Shown piece after piece: positions 27,537 through 37,806 of a stretch of 45,801 nt of DNA. A program made the translations under genes and the position numbers. Under the pieces are notes generated by a model. The model saw nothing but the letters and a program-made list of their open reading frames with translations. It was not told where the DNA came from and did no database searches. Origin of the DNA: an uncultured Bacilli bacterium (GTDB lineage: Bacteria; Bacillota_I; Bacilli_A; RF39; UBA660). The number at the start of each line of letters is the position of its first letter. The first letter of the stretch is position 1. The stretch spans positions 1 through 45,801 of the forward strand of contig CALVRL010000002.1 in NCBI GenBank assembly GCA_944358625.1. Reading direction: 5' to 3'.

Positions 27537-28558
27537 TTAGAAGTGTTTTCTAGTATTTGAAATGGTGAGGTTTTTGTACCATGACCAGTTAATTTAACAG
27601 AAGATTTCAAAAAAACTACAGGACGGGGGGCAAATAATTCTTTAACATCACCATAACTAACATACGGATGTGAGGTTCGCATAGAAGCAAACCAAACACC
27701 TCTTGAATTAGAATGTGACTCTAAATTATAAGGATTTATTAACCAGAAATAAGTTCCTTCAGAATCATCATTATTTAATAAATAATTATTGTTACAAAAA
27801 GTTATATCTCCGTATTCTGCATTATCCCAAGAACTGGTAGCAGAAGTACAAAGTGGATTGATACTTGCTCTTAAGATATCTGATACATTCGCTAGTCCAA
27901 CATTCCCGTCCCATGTATACATTTTTTCTCCAGCTATATTTTTTTCTATACTGTCACTTGAACTATTATTTAATCTTTCTACTCCTCCAATATTAAATGT
28001 ATGTGATGTTATTTGGTTTTTAGCGATTTCGTTTATATTATTTACATAATATTCATTATTTAAATATAATTTTATGCTTGAATCTTCAGTTACTGTTCCT
28101 TTTTGTGATCCACTTGGAGTAGAAAATTCTCCTGATATTGCTGCATATACTGCGCAGCCAATTTGTGGATATAAGCAAAAACTATTATTAGCTGTACTTC
28201 TATGATTTACTTCGTCGTATACTCTATTTTGAAGTGTATCATTTCTTATTATTTTATATGTCCCATCTGCTTCCTTGGCTATTATTCTCCATAGTTCTTC
28301 ATTAAATAATATATAATTATCTGGTTTTTGTCCTCTGTAGATATATCTGTTTTCTTCGTATTGATCTTTGTAGAGCCCATCACCTTCTGCAACAATACTA
28401 TCTGTAATATCAATGCTTTTTATATTTCCTTTAGCCGTTATGGATAAATTTGTTTGAAAAGCCGCATACCCTACACATAAAAATAATAGCAACGCTAGAC
28501 TACTTATTATAATTATTTTCTTTTGTTTTTTTCTTTTTAACCTTCTCATTATTATCAC
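27533..28558 (-). CDS. secreted/anchored hypothetical protein
   Basis: 341-aa ORF, probably starting at MRRLKRKK (28549). It has a basic N-terminus plus a TM ending VGYAAFQTNLSITAKGNI. The C-terminus carries YFWLINPY...APRPVVFL. No confident family assignment. Confidence 0.5.
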   Translation of the reverse strand: MIIMRRLKRKKQKKIIIISSLALLLFLCVGYAAFQTNLSITAKGNIKSIDITDSIVAEGDGLYKDQYEENRYIYRGQKPDNYILFNEELWRIIAKEADGTYKIIRNDTLQNRVYDEVNHRSTANNSFCLYPQIGCAVYAAISGEFSTPSGSQKGTVTEDSSIKLYLNNEYYVNNINEIAKNQITSHTFNIGGVERLNNSSSDSIEKNIAGEKMYTWDGNVGLANVSDILRASINPLCTSATSSWDNAEYGDITFCNNNYLLNNDDSEGTYFWLINPYNLESHSNSRGVWFASMRTSHPYVSYGDVKELFAPRPVVFLKSSVKLTGHGTKTSPFQILENTSN

Positions 28559-28662
28559 ATCCTATAATAGAAATAACATATTTTTTAATTTATGTCAATT
28601 TAAAACATCACATTGATAATGTAATGTCAATATGAAAATGTTACTATTTTATTGGTGATTTT

Positions 28663-28953
28663 ATGATAGCTGAAAAGATAAAAATATTAAGAGAAAATAA
28701 AGGTTTATCTCAAAAGGCTTTAGCTGATAAGCTTGGAATTACTAGGTCTAGTGTAAATGCTTGGGAAATGGGTATTTCTGTTCCTTCTACTCAATATATT
28801 GTGGAACTAGCTAGTTTATTTGATGTTTCTACTGATTATTTATTAAATTTTAATGACAGAAAAGCTATCAATATCGAGGGCTTATCCGATAAGGAAATAA
28901 AAATTGTTTTAGAATTAATTAATTATTTTAAAAATAATAAAACCTCAGATTAA
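28663..28953 (+). CDS. XRE-family helix-turn-helix transcriptional regulator
   Basis: 96-aa ORF. IKILRENKGLSQKALADKLGITRSSVNAWEMGISVPSTQYIVELASLFDVSTDYLL is a canonical HTH_3 domain. Confidence 0.85.
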   Translation: MIAEKIKILRENKGLSQKALADKLGITRSSVNAWEMGISVPSTQYIVELASLFDVSTDYLLNFNDRKAINIEGLSDKEIKIVLELINYFKNNKTSD

Positions 28954-28961
28954 CTGGGGTT

Positions 28962-30089
28962 TTATACTGTTTCAATATCTTTTTCTAATACTTCTATTAT
29001 TTTTTTGTTCATATCTTTTGTATATGGTTCGTTTGAAACTAGTCTACTTAAGAATCTTTTTTGTTTTGTTGGATTATATCCTAATGATTTATAAAACCTA
29101 TCTTTGGCTTTGATTAACTTTGAATTATCTAAACTATATCCTAAAATATTTTGTAAGTTTATCGCTATTTCTATTCCATCTTCTACTTTTAAATGATTTA
29201 TTATTTCATCATATGCTTTATCTTCGGCTATTTCTAATAGTGGTTTATATATTTCTTTTAAATGATTATCTAATTCATTATATGTTTTTTCAAATGATAA
29301 TAAATCATATATGTAGGCTGTTATGCATGATGAATATGTGTGTGTTTTTTCTTTATATAAAATTCCTTTTACTGTTTTAATTACTGGGAGTAATGTATAA
29401 TCTTTTTCTTTAGATAACTCGTTTAGATCTAATATATTATCTTTTAAGTCTATTTCTTCTATACTATTTTCTTTTAGTTTTATGAGTTTTGAATCTTTAC
29501 CTAAAAATAAATCTTTGTTTTCTAAAGCTATTGTTGATAAAATGTTATCATATTTATCATAAAATATATAATATATTTCTTTACTATGTTTATTTATGTA
29601 TTCTTTTTTATAACCGCATTTAAAACCTTTTTCTTTTAATATTTCTAAAGCTTTTTTGATACTAATATTTGGATATAAATCTTTATTTTGATTATTTTCT
29701 TTATGCATAATTATACTTTCTCTTTCTTTATCTGTAAATAAGTATTTTTCACTATTTTCTTTTCTTTCTAAAGATGTTCCATCATATACTGCTTTATATA
29801 TGCATAAAGGGGCAGATAGCTCATTTAATTTTTTTATATCTTCTAACTTTATATTTAAAATTTTATCATATAGTTTATCTATATTTTCATCTGTCATTTG
29901 ATATAGAAGTTCTAGTTGTTTACCTCTAATATTCATGTCATCTAATAATATCAATATAGCAAGGGTATTAGATTCTCCTTTATTTTCAATTAGACTATCT
30001 ATGACTTTACTGGCAACTGAATTATTTTCAGTCATTTCTTTAATTATAGCTGGTAATGAATTAAAATCTAGTGTCTCTCTTTTGTTCAT
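28962..30089 (-). CDS. hypothetical protein
   Basis: 375-aa ORF, K/E/N-rich, with no recognisable motif. It is convergent with the XRE gene. Confidence 0.45.
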   Translation of the reverse strand: MNKRETLDFNSLPAIIKEMTENNSVASKVIDSLIENKGESNTLAILILLDDMNIRGKQLELLYQMTDENIDKLYDKILNIKLEDIKKLNELSAPLCIYKAVYDGTSLERKENSEKYLFTDKERESIIMHKENNQNKDLYPNISIKKALEILKEKGFKCGYKKEYINKHSKEIYYIFYDKYDNILSTIALENKDLFLGKDSKLIKLKENSIEEIDLKDNILDLNELSKEKDYTLLPVIKTVKGILYKEKTHTYSSCITAYIYDLLSFEKTYNELDNHLKEIYKPLLEIAEDKAYDEIINHLKVEDGIEIAINLQNILGYSLDNSKLIKAKDRFYKSLGYNPTKQKRFLSRLVSNEPYTKDMNKKIIEVLEKDIETV

Positions 30090-30141
30090 TTATGGCCCCT
30101 CCTTATATTTCATTATAGCACGTTAATATATTTATTGTAAA

Positions 30142-30774
30142 TTATTTCTTTATGAATTTTAAATGTGGAAAGGCGTTTAATAATCTTTTATTAAATAATG
30201 ATTTATTTTTAAGAACTTTTTTGACTTCTTCATTGGCTATTTCTGTTATATCTTTTATGTTGGCAAAATTTTCTTTTTTAATATTTGTAATTATTTTAAA
30301 TGAAATAATTACATCACTTACGAATATTAGTAAAATAATTATCATTACTGTATTGAATAATATATTTGGTATGTTACTGATTATTTTTAAGAAAAATGGG
30401 TTGAAAACATATACTAATATTACACCTAATAAACCAAATCCTAAAGATGTTGTTAAACTTACTCTTCCGTTTATATGAAATTTATGATTTGTATAATCCC
30501 ACCATCTTGCTTTAAATATTTTTTCCATTAAATAACTTGTTATATATTCTAATATAGTTCCAAGTAAAAATGACATAATGAATAAAACAATGGGATCTTC
30601 ATAGTATTTTTTTAAAAGTAAGGTTACAAATAAAGCTCCGAAGCCATAAATTGGACACCATGGGCCTATTAAAAATCCTCTGGCTGTAATTTTTCTTTGT
30701 TGAAATGATACTAGTAATACTTCCATTAACCAACCTAAAAACGAATAAATTATAAATATGTAAAAATACTTCAT
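30142..30774 (-). CDS. putative ABC-transporter type IV / CmpB-like membrane protein (PF06541-like)
   Basis: 210-aa ORF. IIYSFLGWLMEVLL and GPWCPIYGFGAL are the hallmark motifs of this family. It has 5-6 TM helices. Confidence 0.7.
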   Translation of the reverse strand: MKYFYIFIIYSFLGWLMEVLLVSFQQRKITARGFLIGPWCPIYGFGALFVTLLLKKYYEDPIVLFIMSFLLGTILEYITSYLMEKIFKARWWDYTNHKFHINGRVSLTTSLGFGLLGVILVYVFNPFFLKIISNIPNILFNTVMIIILLIFVSDVIISFKIITNIKKENFANIKDITEIANEEVKKVLKNKSLFNKRLLNAFPHLKFIKK

Positions 30775-30797
30775 ATACTACCTCTTTTTTAGTAATT

Positions 30798-30908
30798 TTA
30801 CACGTTATTATCTCTTTTTTCAAGGTTTATTTTTTGTGATGTTAGTTTCATATAGATAACATCTTCTAACATTTCTTTGAATATTTCGTTTATTTTATTT
30901 CTATCCAT
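30798..30908 (-). CDS. possible small ORF (36 aa)
   Basis: AAGGTG plus 7 nt precedes the ATG at 30908. It reads MDRNKINEIFKEMLEDVIYMKLTSQKINLEKRDNNV. The only support is the SD and the open frame. Confidence 0.25.
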   Translation of the reverse strand: MDRNKINEIFKEMLEDVIYMKLTSQKINLEKRDNNV

Positions 30909-31001
30909 TTATTTTCACCTTTTTTATAATACCATTATATTATTTTGTTTAATATGGATTCGACAATACTAGATATATTTAGAACTTTTGTTTTTATGAA
31001 G

Positions 31002-31030
31002 TTGGCAAATTTTCTTAATTATAGTATAAT
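31002..31030 (+). promoter_or_regulatory. sigmaA-type promoter of recU-ponA
   Basis: TTGGCA (31002-31007), a 17-nt spacer, then TATAAT (31025-31030), about 15 nt before the recU ATG. Confidence 0.5.
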
Positions 31031-31045
31031 TATGGTGGTGTTAAT

Positions 31046-31612
31046 ATGGAGAAAATGATGGGGGCTAGAAACAGTTTTAAAAATATAAATACTTATGCAA
31101 ATAGAGGTATGACTTTAGAGGCTGATTTAAAGGCTAGTAACGATTATTATCTAGTTAATGATATTGCAGTTATATATAAAAAACCAACGCCTATTACTAT
31201 TTCTAAAGTTAATTATCCTTCGAGAGTGGAAGCTGTTATAAAAGAGGGATATTTTAAAACACCATCTACTACTGATTATAATGGTATTTATAAGGGAAAA
31301 TACATTGACTTTGAAGCTAAAGAGACTAAACTTAAGACTTCTTTTCCTTTAAATAATATCCATCCTCATCAGATTGAACATTTAAAAAAAATTTACAAAC
31401 ATGGTGGAATTGGTTTTTTAATTGTAAGATTTACTGTTATTAATAAAACTTTTTTGCTTACTATTGAATCTTTAATTAAGTTTTTAGATGAAAATAAAAG
31501 AAAATCTATTCCTATTTCATATTTTGAAAAATATGGGTATATAATTAAAGATAAGTATAATCCTAGAGTTGATTATATCGATATTTTAAATAAGGTTTAT
31601 TTTGGAGGTTAG
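31046..31612 (+). CDS. recU: Holliday junction resolvase RecU
   Basis: 188-aa ORF. YANRGMTLEADL...NGIYKGKYIDFEAKET...HQIEHL are RecU motifs. The recU-ponA operon arrangement matches Bacillus. Confidence 0.9.
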   Translation: MEKMMGARNSFKNINTYANRGMTLEADLKASNDYYLVNDIAVIYKKPTPITISKVNYPSRVEAVIKEGYFKTPSTTDYNGIYKGKYIDFEAKETKLKTSFPLNNIHPHQIEHLKKIYKHGGIGFLIVRFTVINKTFLLTIESLIKFLDENKRKSIPISYFEKYGYIIKDKYNPRVDYIDILNKVYFGG

Positions 31613-31615
31613 TTT

Positions 31616-34603
31616 ATGAATGAAATAAAAAATTTTTTTAAGAAAGACCCTTTTAATTTAATTATATTTGTTTTATCTATTATTATTTTATTGATAGGAA
31701 TTTTTGTTGTTAATTTTTGGATTGGCTTACTTGTGTTTATTTTAGTTAATTTAATATGGGTAATTCCTTTTATTAAATGGCATAAAAAGCTAGAGGATAG
31801 GAAAAGGCCTAAAACAAAACCTGTTAAGAATATAGAAATTTTAGATATTCCTGATAAATCTAGTAAATTAGAAAGAAGTGATAATGTGGCTAAAAAGAAA
31901 ACGGGTAAAAAAGGTAAAAAGAAACTTGGTAAAAAAATTTTACTTGGATTTTTGATTTTCTTTTTGATATGTATTATTGCTGGTATTGCTTTCTTTATAT
32001 TTATTGCTGTTACGGCTGGTAAATTTAATCCTGATAAACTTTATTCTAAAGAAGCAAGTACTTTGCTTGATAGAGATGGTGAAGTGTTTGCGAAGCTTGG
32101 TACTCAAATGAGACAAAAAATCGATTATGAAGATATGAGTGAAGAACTTGTTAATGCTATTGTTGCAACTGAAGATTCTAGATTCTTTGAACATAATGGT
32201 TTTGATTTACCTCGTTTTATGAAAGCTTCTTTTGGTCAGCTTTTGGGTCAAAATGCGGGTGGTGCTTCTACTTTAACTATGCAGGTTTCTAAAAACCAAT
32301 ATACATCTGATGTTGCTACTGGTTTTGCTGGTATTAAACGTAAATTCACAGATATTTATATTTCATTATTCCAAATAGAACCTAATTATTCTAAAGAAGA
32401 AATTTTAGAGTTTTATGCGAATTCTTATTATTTGGGTAGTGGCGCTTATGGTGTAGAACAAGCTGCGGAAACTTATTTTAATAAAGAGGCTAAAGATTTG
32501 AATTTATCTGAAGCTGCTATGATCGCTGGATTATTCCAGTCTCCTGTTTCTTACGATCCTAATATCAACCCTGATAGAACTGAATCTAGAAGATTAACTG
32601 TATTAAGTTTGATGAAAAGACATGGTTATATAACTGATGAAGAATATGAAATTGCGAAAAAAATGACTGTTGATAAGATAGTTATTAAAGGTAGAAGTGC
32701 GCATACTAGTAATGCGAAATATCAGTCATTTATCGATAGAGTGGCTGTTGAAGTTAAAGAAAAAACTGATTACGATCCTTATTCATATTCTATGAGAATT
32801 TATACTACTATGGATAGAGATCAACAAGATAAAATTTCAGCTATTATGGATGGTTCTAATTATGAATGGGAAAATGATAAGGTCCAGGCTGGTATAATTG
32901 CTATGGAAACTAAAACTGGTGAAATAGTTGCTATTGGCGGTGGTAGAAATAAAACCGATGCGAAGTCTTATAATAATGCGACTGATATAGAAAGACAAAT
33001 TGGTTCTACGGCTAAACCTTTATTTGATTATGGTCCAGCTATTGAATATTTGGACTGGAATACTAATCACCCTATTATTGATGATAAAACTACTTATAGT
33101 GATGGTACAGAGATTAACAACTGGGATGGTAGATATAAAGGTATTATTACTATTAGAGAGGCTTTAGGTGATTCTCGTAATATTCCGGCTTTAAAAACAT
33201 TCCAAAGTGTTCCTAACGAGGATATTAAGGATTTTGTAACTAAGTTAGGACTATCACCTGAGGTTCAAAGTAATGGTAAATTACATGAGGCTCATGCGAT
33301 TGGTGGTTATACTGGTGAATCTCCTATGACTGTGGCTGCGGCTTATGCGGCTTTTGGTAATAATGGTACTTATAATGAACCTCATTCTTTTACTAAAATT
33401 GAATTTGATGAAACTGGTGAAGTTTATGAAAATGAGGTTAAAAAGACAAAAGTAATGAGTGAAGAAACTGCTTATATGGTTACTGATATGCTTGTTGATA
33501 CTGGTCAAGATGCTCTTGGTAGATATAATAATATTAATGGTTCACAGTTTGCTGCTAAAACTGGTACTACTAACTTCGATGAAAAAACTATGGAACAGGC
33601 TCATTTACCTAGTAATGCGGTTAATGATTTATGGGTTGCTGGTTATAACTCTGAATATTCTATTGCTGTTTGGTATGGTTATGAAAATAGAAACGATGGA
33701 TATAATAGATTTGGTTCTAGTCAAAATTCTAGATTATTCCAAACTGTTGCGAAAAACTTCTTTGATAAGGATGCTACTTTTGAAAAACCTGATGGTGTGG
33801 TAGAGGTTACTGTTGAAAGAAATACTGGTTATTCAATGCTTCCTAGTGAAAATACTCCTAATGATATGAAAACTACTGAATTATTTAAGGAAGATAGTAA
33901 GCCTACTGAAGTTTCGGCTAGATTTAATAAACTTTCTAATGTTACTGGTTTAAAAGCTAGTGTAAGTGGTAATAAGGCTACTTTAAATTGGAAAGCTATT
34001 GGCACTCCTGATGCTTTAAATAAGAGTTATTGGAGTCCTTTGGTTGCAAAGGCTTTCCATTTATCTAAAGATCAAAACACTTATTTATCTTATATTATGT
34101 CATTTAATAATGGTAGACTTGGTAATGTTGTTTATAATATTTATAGTAAAACTTCTAATGGTTTAAAATTGCTAACATCTGTTTCTGGTAATTCGGCTAC
34201 TGTTACTTTACCTAATGAAGCTTCACCTACTTTGGTCGTTAAATCTAGTTATTCTAATTATAATGGTTGTGAAAGTTCTGGTGTTGAGGTTAAAGTTGAA
34301 TATGATGGCGTTTCTGCTAGTGATGTGACGGCTACTTTGATGGGTGATAGTACTGTTAGTTTAAAACTTGGTGATTCTTATAGTGAACCTTTAAATCCTG
34401 TTAAAGTTACTTTAGAGGGTGAAAACATCACTGATAGTGATGAGGTTGAAATTAGTTTGACTGTCTTATCTGCTGGTAATGATGTCACTAATTCTTGGAA
34501 AACTCTTATTACTTCTACCCCTGGAACTTATGAATTTAACTATAAAGTTACTTATAATGGTGTTATAGTTACTACTTTAACTAGAACTGTTACTGTTGAA
34601 TAA
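31616..34603 (+). CDS. ponA: class A penicillin-binding protein (PBP1; glycosyltransferase plus transpeptidase) with long C-terminal extension
   Basis: 995-aa ORF with an N-terminal TM. The GT51 motifs are EDSRFFEHNGFD and RKFTDIY. The transpeptidase motifs are STAKP, SRN and KTGT. About 250 aa of Ig/FN3-like tail follow. Confidence 0.9.
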   Translation: MNEIKNFFKKDPFNLIIFVLSIIILLIGIFVVNFWIGLLVFILVNLIWVIPFIKWHKKLEDRKRPKTKPVKNIEILDIPDKSSKLERSDNVAKKKTGKKGKKKLGKKILLGFLIFFLICIIAGIAFFIFIAVTAGKFNPDKLYSKEASTLLDRDGEVFAKLGTQMRQKIDYEDMSEELVNAIVATEDSRFFEHNGFDLPRFMKASFGQLLGQNAGGASTLTMQVSKNQYTSDVATGFAGIKRKFTDIYISLFQIEPNYSKEEILEFYANSYYLGSGAYGVEQAAETYFNKEAKDLNLSEAAMIAGLFQSPVSYDPNINPDRTESRRLTVLSLMKRHGYITDEEYEIAKKMTVDKIVIKGRSAHTSNAKYQSFIDRVAVEVKEKTDYDPYSYSMRIYTTMDRDQQDKISAIMDGSNYEWENDKVQAGIIAMETKTGEIVAIGGGRNKTDAKSYNNATDIERQIGSTAKPLFDYGPAIEYLDWNTNHPIIDDKTTYSDGTEINNWDGRYKGIITIREALGDSRNIPALKTFQSVPNEDIKDFVTKLGLSPEVQSNGKLHEAHAIGGYTGESPMTVAAAYAAFGNNGTYNEPHSFTKIEFDETGEVYENEVKKTKVMSEETAYMVTDMLVDTGQDALGRYNNINGSQFAAKTGTTNFDEKTMEQAHLPSNAVNDLWVAGYNSEYSIAVWYGYENRNDGYNRFGSSQNSRLFQTVAKNFFDKDATFEKPDGVVEVTVERNTGYSMLPSENTPNDMKTTELFKEDSKPTEVSARFNKLSNVTGLKASVSGNKATLNWKAIGTPDALNKSYWSPLVAKAFHLSKDQNTYLSYIMSFNNGRLGNVVYNIYSKTSNGLKLLTSVSGNSATVTLPNEASPTLVVKSSYSNYNGCESSGVEVKVEYDGVSASDVTATLMGDSTVSLKLGDSYSEPLNPVKVTLEGENITDSDEVEISLTVLSAGNDVTNSWKTLITSTPGTYEFNYKVTYNGVIVTTLTRTVTVE

Positions 34604-34605
34604 TA

Positions 34606-34640
34606 AAATAGGTTTTCGAATTTTGAAAACCTATTTTTTG
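34606..34640. terminator. bidirectional intrinsic terminator between ponA and nth
   Basis: ATAGGTTTTC-gaatttt-GAAAACCTAT (34608-34634), flanked by an A-run and a T-run. The nth stop codon lies inside the stem. Confidence 0.7.
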
Positions 34641-35242
34641 TATTTACATATTGTTTTTAATTTACATTCTTCGCATTTTGGATTTCTGGCTAAACAGTGA
34701 TATCTTCCAAATAAAACTAATTGATGATGTCTTTTGCATAAATCTTCTTTTTTGAATTTTTTAGTTAGCTTCTTTTCAATTGTTAAAACATCATCTTTTT
34801 CTTTGGCTAGATTTAATCTTTTACTTACTCTTGCTACATGGGTATCTACGGCTATACATGGTACATTAAAGATATTACTTAATACTACATTGGCTGTTTT
34901 TCTTCCTACTCCTTTTAAACTTTCTAGATATTCTCTGTTGTTTGGAAGTTTTCCATGATAGTCTTCTTCTAATCTCTTTGCTATTTCTATTAAGTTTTCT
35001 GATTTTTTATGATATGTTCCTATTGGTCTAATAATATCTTGAATATCTTTTATATTGGCGGTTGCTAGAGCCTTTAATGTTGGATATTTTTTGAATAATA
35101 CTTTTGTTACTTCATTTACTCTTTTGTCTGTTGTTTGAGCACTTAACATGGTTGCTAGTAAAAGTTCATAATCTTTTGTGTAGTTTAATTCACATCTGGG
35201 ATTTGGATATAATTCGTCTAGATATTCTTCAATCATTTTCAT
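34631..35242 (-). CDS. nth: endonuclease III
   Basis: It carries an HhH-GPD motif (LKGVGRKTANVVL) and a C-terminal 4Fe-4S cluster (CxxxxxxCxxCxxxxxC). The likely start MKMIEEYL at 35242 (or 35236) overlaps the dnaD stop. The ORF-track start at 35314 is inside dnaD. Confidence 0.9.
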   Translation of the reverse strand: MKMIEEYLDELYPNPRCELNYTKDYELLLATMLSAQTTDKRVNEVTKVLFKKYPTLKALATANIKDIQDIIRPIGTYHKKSENLIEIAKRLEEDYHGKLPNNREYLESLKGVGRKTANVVLSNIFNVPCIAVDTHVARVSKRLNLAKEKDDVLTIEKKLTKKFKKEDLCKRHHQLVLFGRYHCLARNPKCEECKLKTICKYKK

Positions 35243-35861
35243 TGAGCCAGTCATAATCAAATACTTCTTTCTTTGGTTTTTTTGTGTGTTTTTCTCTTTC
35301 TTTTTTGATATCACTTTCTGTTTGTATTCCTTTTGAATGCCACTCTGTTAATATTCTATCAATATACCTTAAATTTTTTACTCCATTATAGATAGCTTCT
35401 TTTAAGGCTAGGGTTATTAAATTTTCTGGATAATTATCTTGCCATGCACCTATGATTTCGTATTCTGTTGGGCTTAATGTTCTACCAAACTCTTTTTCAA
35501 ATATATCATATATTGTTGTTTTATTTTCTTCTTGTTTTTCATTGATCATGGTTAAAGCAAGTTTATTGTATAGTTCATCTAAATTAATGTATTCTTCACA
35601 TACTTTTCCTGATTTGACTGATATTTTTAAAATATCTTTATTTGTTAAACTGTCTATTAGTTTTAAAATATCTGTTAGTTTAATATTTAAATCGTTTGAT
35701 ATTTTTTCTGGGTCAAATTCATTATTCCCTAATAGATATATTAAAACTATTAGTTCTTTGTCGGTTATTTTTAATTTTTTGTAATTTTGAAGTAAAATTT
35801 TGGGTATAACTATGTGCCCTTCTTTTAGTATCTCTATAATTTTTCCTGTCATAAATATCAC
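35229..35861 (-). CDS. dnaD: replication initiation and membrane attachment protein DnaD
   Basis: 210-aa ORF. The N-terminal winged helix and C-terminal DnaD domain (FEKEFGRTLSPTEYEIIGAWQD...RYIDRILTEW) match the family. The dnaD-nth synteny matches Bacillus. Confidence 0.8.
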   Translation of the reverse strand: MIFMTGKIIEILKEGHIVIPKILLQNYKKLKITDKELIVLIYLLGNNEFDPEKISNDLNIKLTDILKLIDSLTNKDILKISVKSGKVCEEYINLDELYNKLALTMINEKQEENKTTIYDIFEKEFGRTLSPTEYEIIGAWQDNYPENLITLALKEAIYNGVKNLRYIDRILTEWHSKGIQTESDIKKEREKHTKKPKKEVFDYDWLNEND

Positions 35862-35937
35862 CCTTGCATTTTATTATAACTTAAATGTTCATATTTTTAC
35901 AATGAATATATGGAAAAATGTCCATTTTTTGGACATT

Positions 35938-37029
35938 TTATTTATATTTGTTTATTATATAACTTTTTAATTCTTCTTTTTCATTTTTTAAATTACCATT
36001 TAAGATTTTATCTTCTAAATCTGATAAAATTGGTTTTAAAAATGATCCTGCTTCTTTGTTTAAAAGTGTGCATATTTCTATTGGTGTTATACTTATATCT
36101 AATCTTCTTTTAATTGGTATTTTGGAATACTTTTCATTTATTTTTTGCTTATCTATCCCTTGTAATTCGGCGGCTAAAGTACATACATATAATCCATAAT
36201 TATAAAGAACGTGATTATCTAGTAGGTCTTGATTTTTTACTTCGTTTATCTTTCTTATTGTTTCTTTTTCTATGGCGTTAAAGTTATATTTATCTAAAGC
36301 ATCTAGCTCGGCCCATGTTACTATCATAGATGGTGTTATTTTGGCTTTTTTTAAGTTTGGTATTTCTAGATGGTCAGCTAATTTTAATTCTATTAATAAT
36401 TCTATTCCATAGGCTTTATTTGGACTTGCAAATATTAAGTCTAATTCTTCTTTTTTTCTATCTTTAGATATCTTTCTTAATAAGTGTCCATATTTTTTGA
36501 TATATGTCTTTAATTTTGGTTCTAAAGTGAAGTTTAGGGTTGTCGCAAATCTTATGGCTCTTAATATTCTTAAGGCATCATCTTTTAAACTTATTTTAGG
36601 ATTTATTACTGTTCTTATTATTTTATTATCTAAATCTTGTTTAGCCCCTATTAAATCTATTTGATTGCCATTTTTATCTATACATAAGGTATTAATAGTG
36701 AAATCTCTTCTTTTGATGTCTTCTTCTAGGGTATCTACATATTCTATTTTTTCTGGTCTTCTATGATCTTTATATTTAATATCTTTTCTAAAGGTCGTAA
36801 TTTCAAATTTTACTTTTTCAAATACTATGGTTACTGAACCGTATTCTGAATTTGTTGTAACAACTTCGGAAAATATTTTGTGTAATTCCATTGGTGTAGC
36901 ATCTGTACATATGTCTATATCGGTAAAGGTTCTTTTTAAATATAAATCTCTAGGATAACCTCCTACCATATAGGCATCATAACCATAACTATTTATTTTT
37001 TCTAATAATCTAATTGCAGTTTCGTACAT
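35938..37029 (-). CDS. cca: CCA-adding tRNA nucleotidyltransferase
   Basis: 363-aa ORF. GGYPRDLYLKRTFTDIDICTD (the GGxVRD...DxD polymerase-beta motif) and RRDFTINTL are present. Confidence 0.8.
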   Translation of the reverse strand: MYETAIRLLEKINSYGYDAYMVGGYPRDLYLKRTFTDIDICTDATPMELHKIFSEVVTTNSEYGSVTIVFEKVKFEITTFRKDIKYKDHRRPEKIEYVDTLEEDIKRRDFTINTLCIDKNGNQIDLIGAKQDLDNKIIRTVINPKISLKDDALRILRAIRFATTLNFTLEPKLKTYIKKYGHLLRKISKDRKKEELDLIFASPNKAYGIELLIELKLADHLEIPNLKKAKITPSMIVTWAELDALDKYNFNAIEKETIRKINEVKNQDLLDNHVLYNYGLYVCTLAAELQGIDKQKINEKYSKIPIKRRLDISITPIEICTLLNKEAGSFLKPILSDLEDKILNGNLKNEKEELKSYIINKYK

Positions 37030-37045
37030 TTTATTCCTCGGATAT

Positions 37046-37066
37046 TAAAAAAAGGCGTAAAGCCTT
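37046..37066 (-). terminator. intrinsic terminator of the HU gene
   Basis: The minus strand reads AAGGCTTTACGCCTT followed by TTTTTTT. The stem overlaps the stop codon. Confidence 0.65.
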
Positions 37067-37337
37067 AGTTTAATGCATCTTTTAATTTTGCGCCAGCTTT
37101 GATAGAAACAGCTGTTCTTGCAGGAATAGTTACAGCCTCACCAGTTCTTGGATTACGACCTTGTCTAGCATCTTTATGTTGAGCAGCAAATGTGCAGAAA
37201 CCTGTTAATGTAACTTTTCCTTCACTTTTTAAACCTTCTACAATTCCATTTAATACTGCATCTAATGCTCTAGTAGCATCTGCTTTAGTCATTCCTGTTT
37301 CTTCAGCAATATAGTTTACTAAATTTTGTTTTGTCAT
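37065..37337 (-). CDS. hup: DNA-binding protein HU
   Basis: GGGAGG precedes the ATG at 37337. It reads MTKQNLVNYIAEETGMTKADATRALDAVLNGIVEGLKSEGKVTLTGFCTF...RNPRTGEAVTIPA, the canonical HU sequence. The ORF-track N-terminal extension is unlikely. Confidence 0.9.
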   Translation of the reverse strand: MTKQNLVNYIAEETGMTKADATRALDAVLNGIVEGLKSEGKVTLTGFCTFAAQHKDARQGRNPRTGEAVTIPARTAVSIKAGAKLKDALN

Positions 37338-37521
37338 TTCAATATACCTCCCTTGTATTGTTAAGCTATCTTGCTTACATTTACATAGTACCATTTTTAT
37401 TAAGAAAAATCAACATTTTTTAAGGTTTTTTACGTTTTTCGTGTTAAGGTGTGTACTGTAGGTTTATGATTTATTTTATAAAGTTTTATTTATTTTGAAT
37501 CATTAGTAATATTTTTGAATG

Positions 37522-37806
37522 TTAAATAACTATGGCAAATAGGTTTCCTGAACCTTTATTTACAAGTTTTGATAATGTTTGTTTTAGTTTGAATCTAACA
37601 CTTTCTGGCATTAATGATAGTTTTGCTTGTATTCCTTCTTGAACTATAACATCTAAACTTCTTCCGAATATTTCACTTTTCCATATGTTTTCTGTTCCTG
37701 AATCTTTATCTTTCATCAGATAGTTTATTAATTCTTTACTTTGTATTTCTGAACCTATTATTGGTTCGAATGTGCTTTCAACATCTACTCTAATCATGTG
37801 TATAAT
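37522..37806 (-). pseudogene. spoIVA: stage IV sporulation protein A, 3'-terminal segment only (gene split by the integrated element)
   Basis: IHMIRVDVESTFEPIIGSEIQSKEL...IFGRSLDVIVQEGIQAKLSLMPESVRFKLKQTLSKLVNKGSGNLFAIVI aligns with the C-terminus of B. subtilis SpoIVA (IHMIKVDVESEFAPIIG...GIQAKLSLMPENARYKLKETLERIINEGSGGLIAIIL, from memory). The N-terminal ~400 aa are absent from the window. hbs is adjacent as in Bacillus. Confidence 0.85.

Noticed and set aside
30599-30823. 74-aa minus-strand ORF overlapping the start of the CmpB-like gene
   Set aside because: It is in an alternate frame of a gene with family motifs, and it has no SD.
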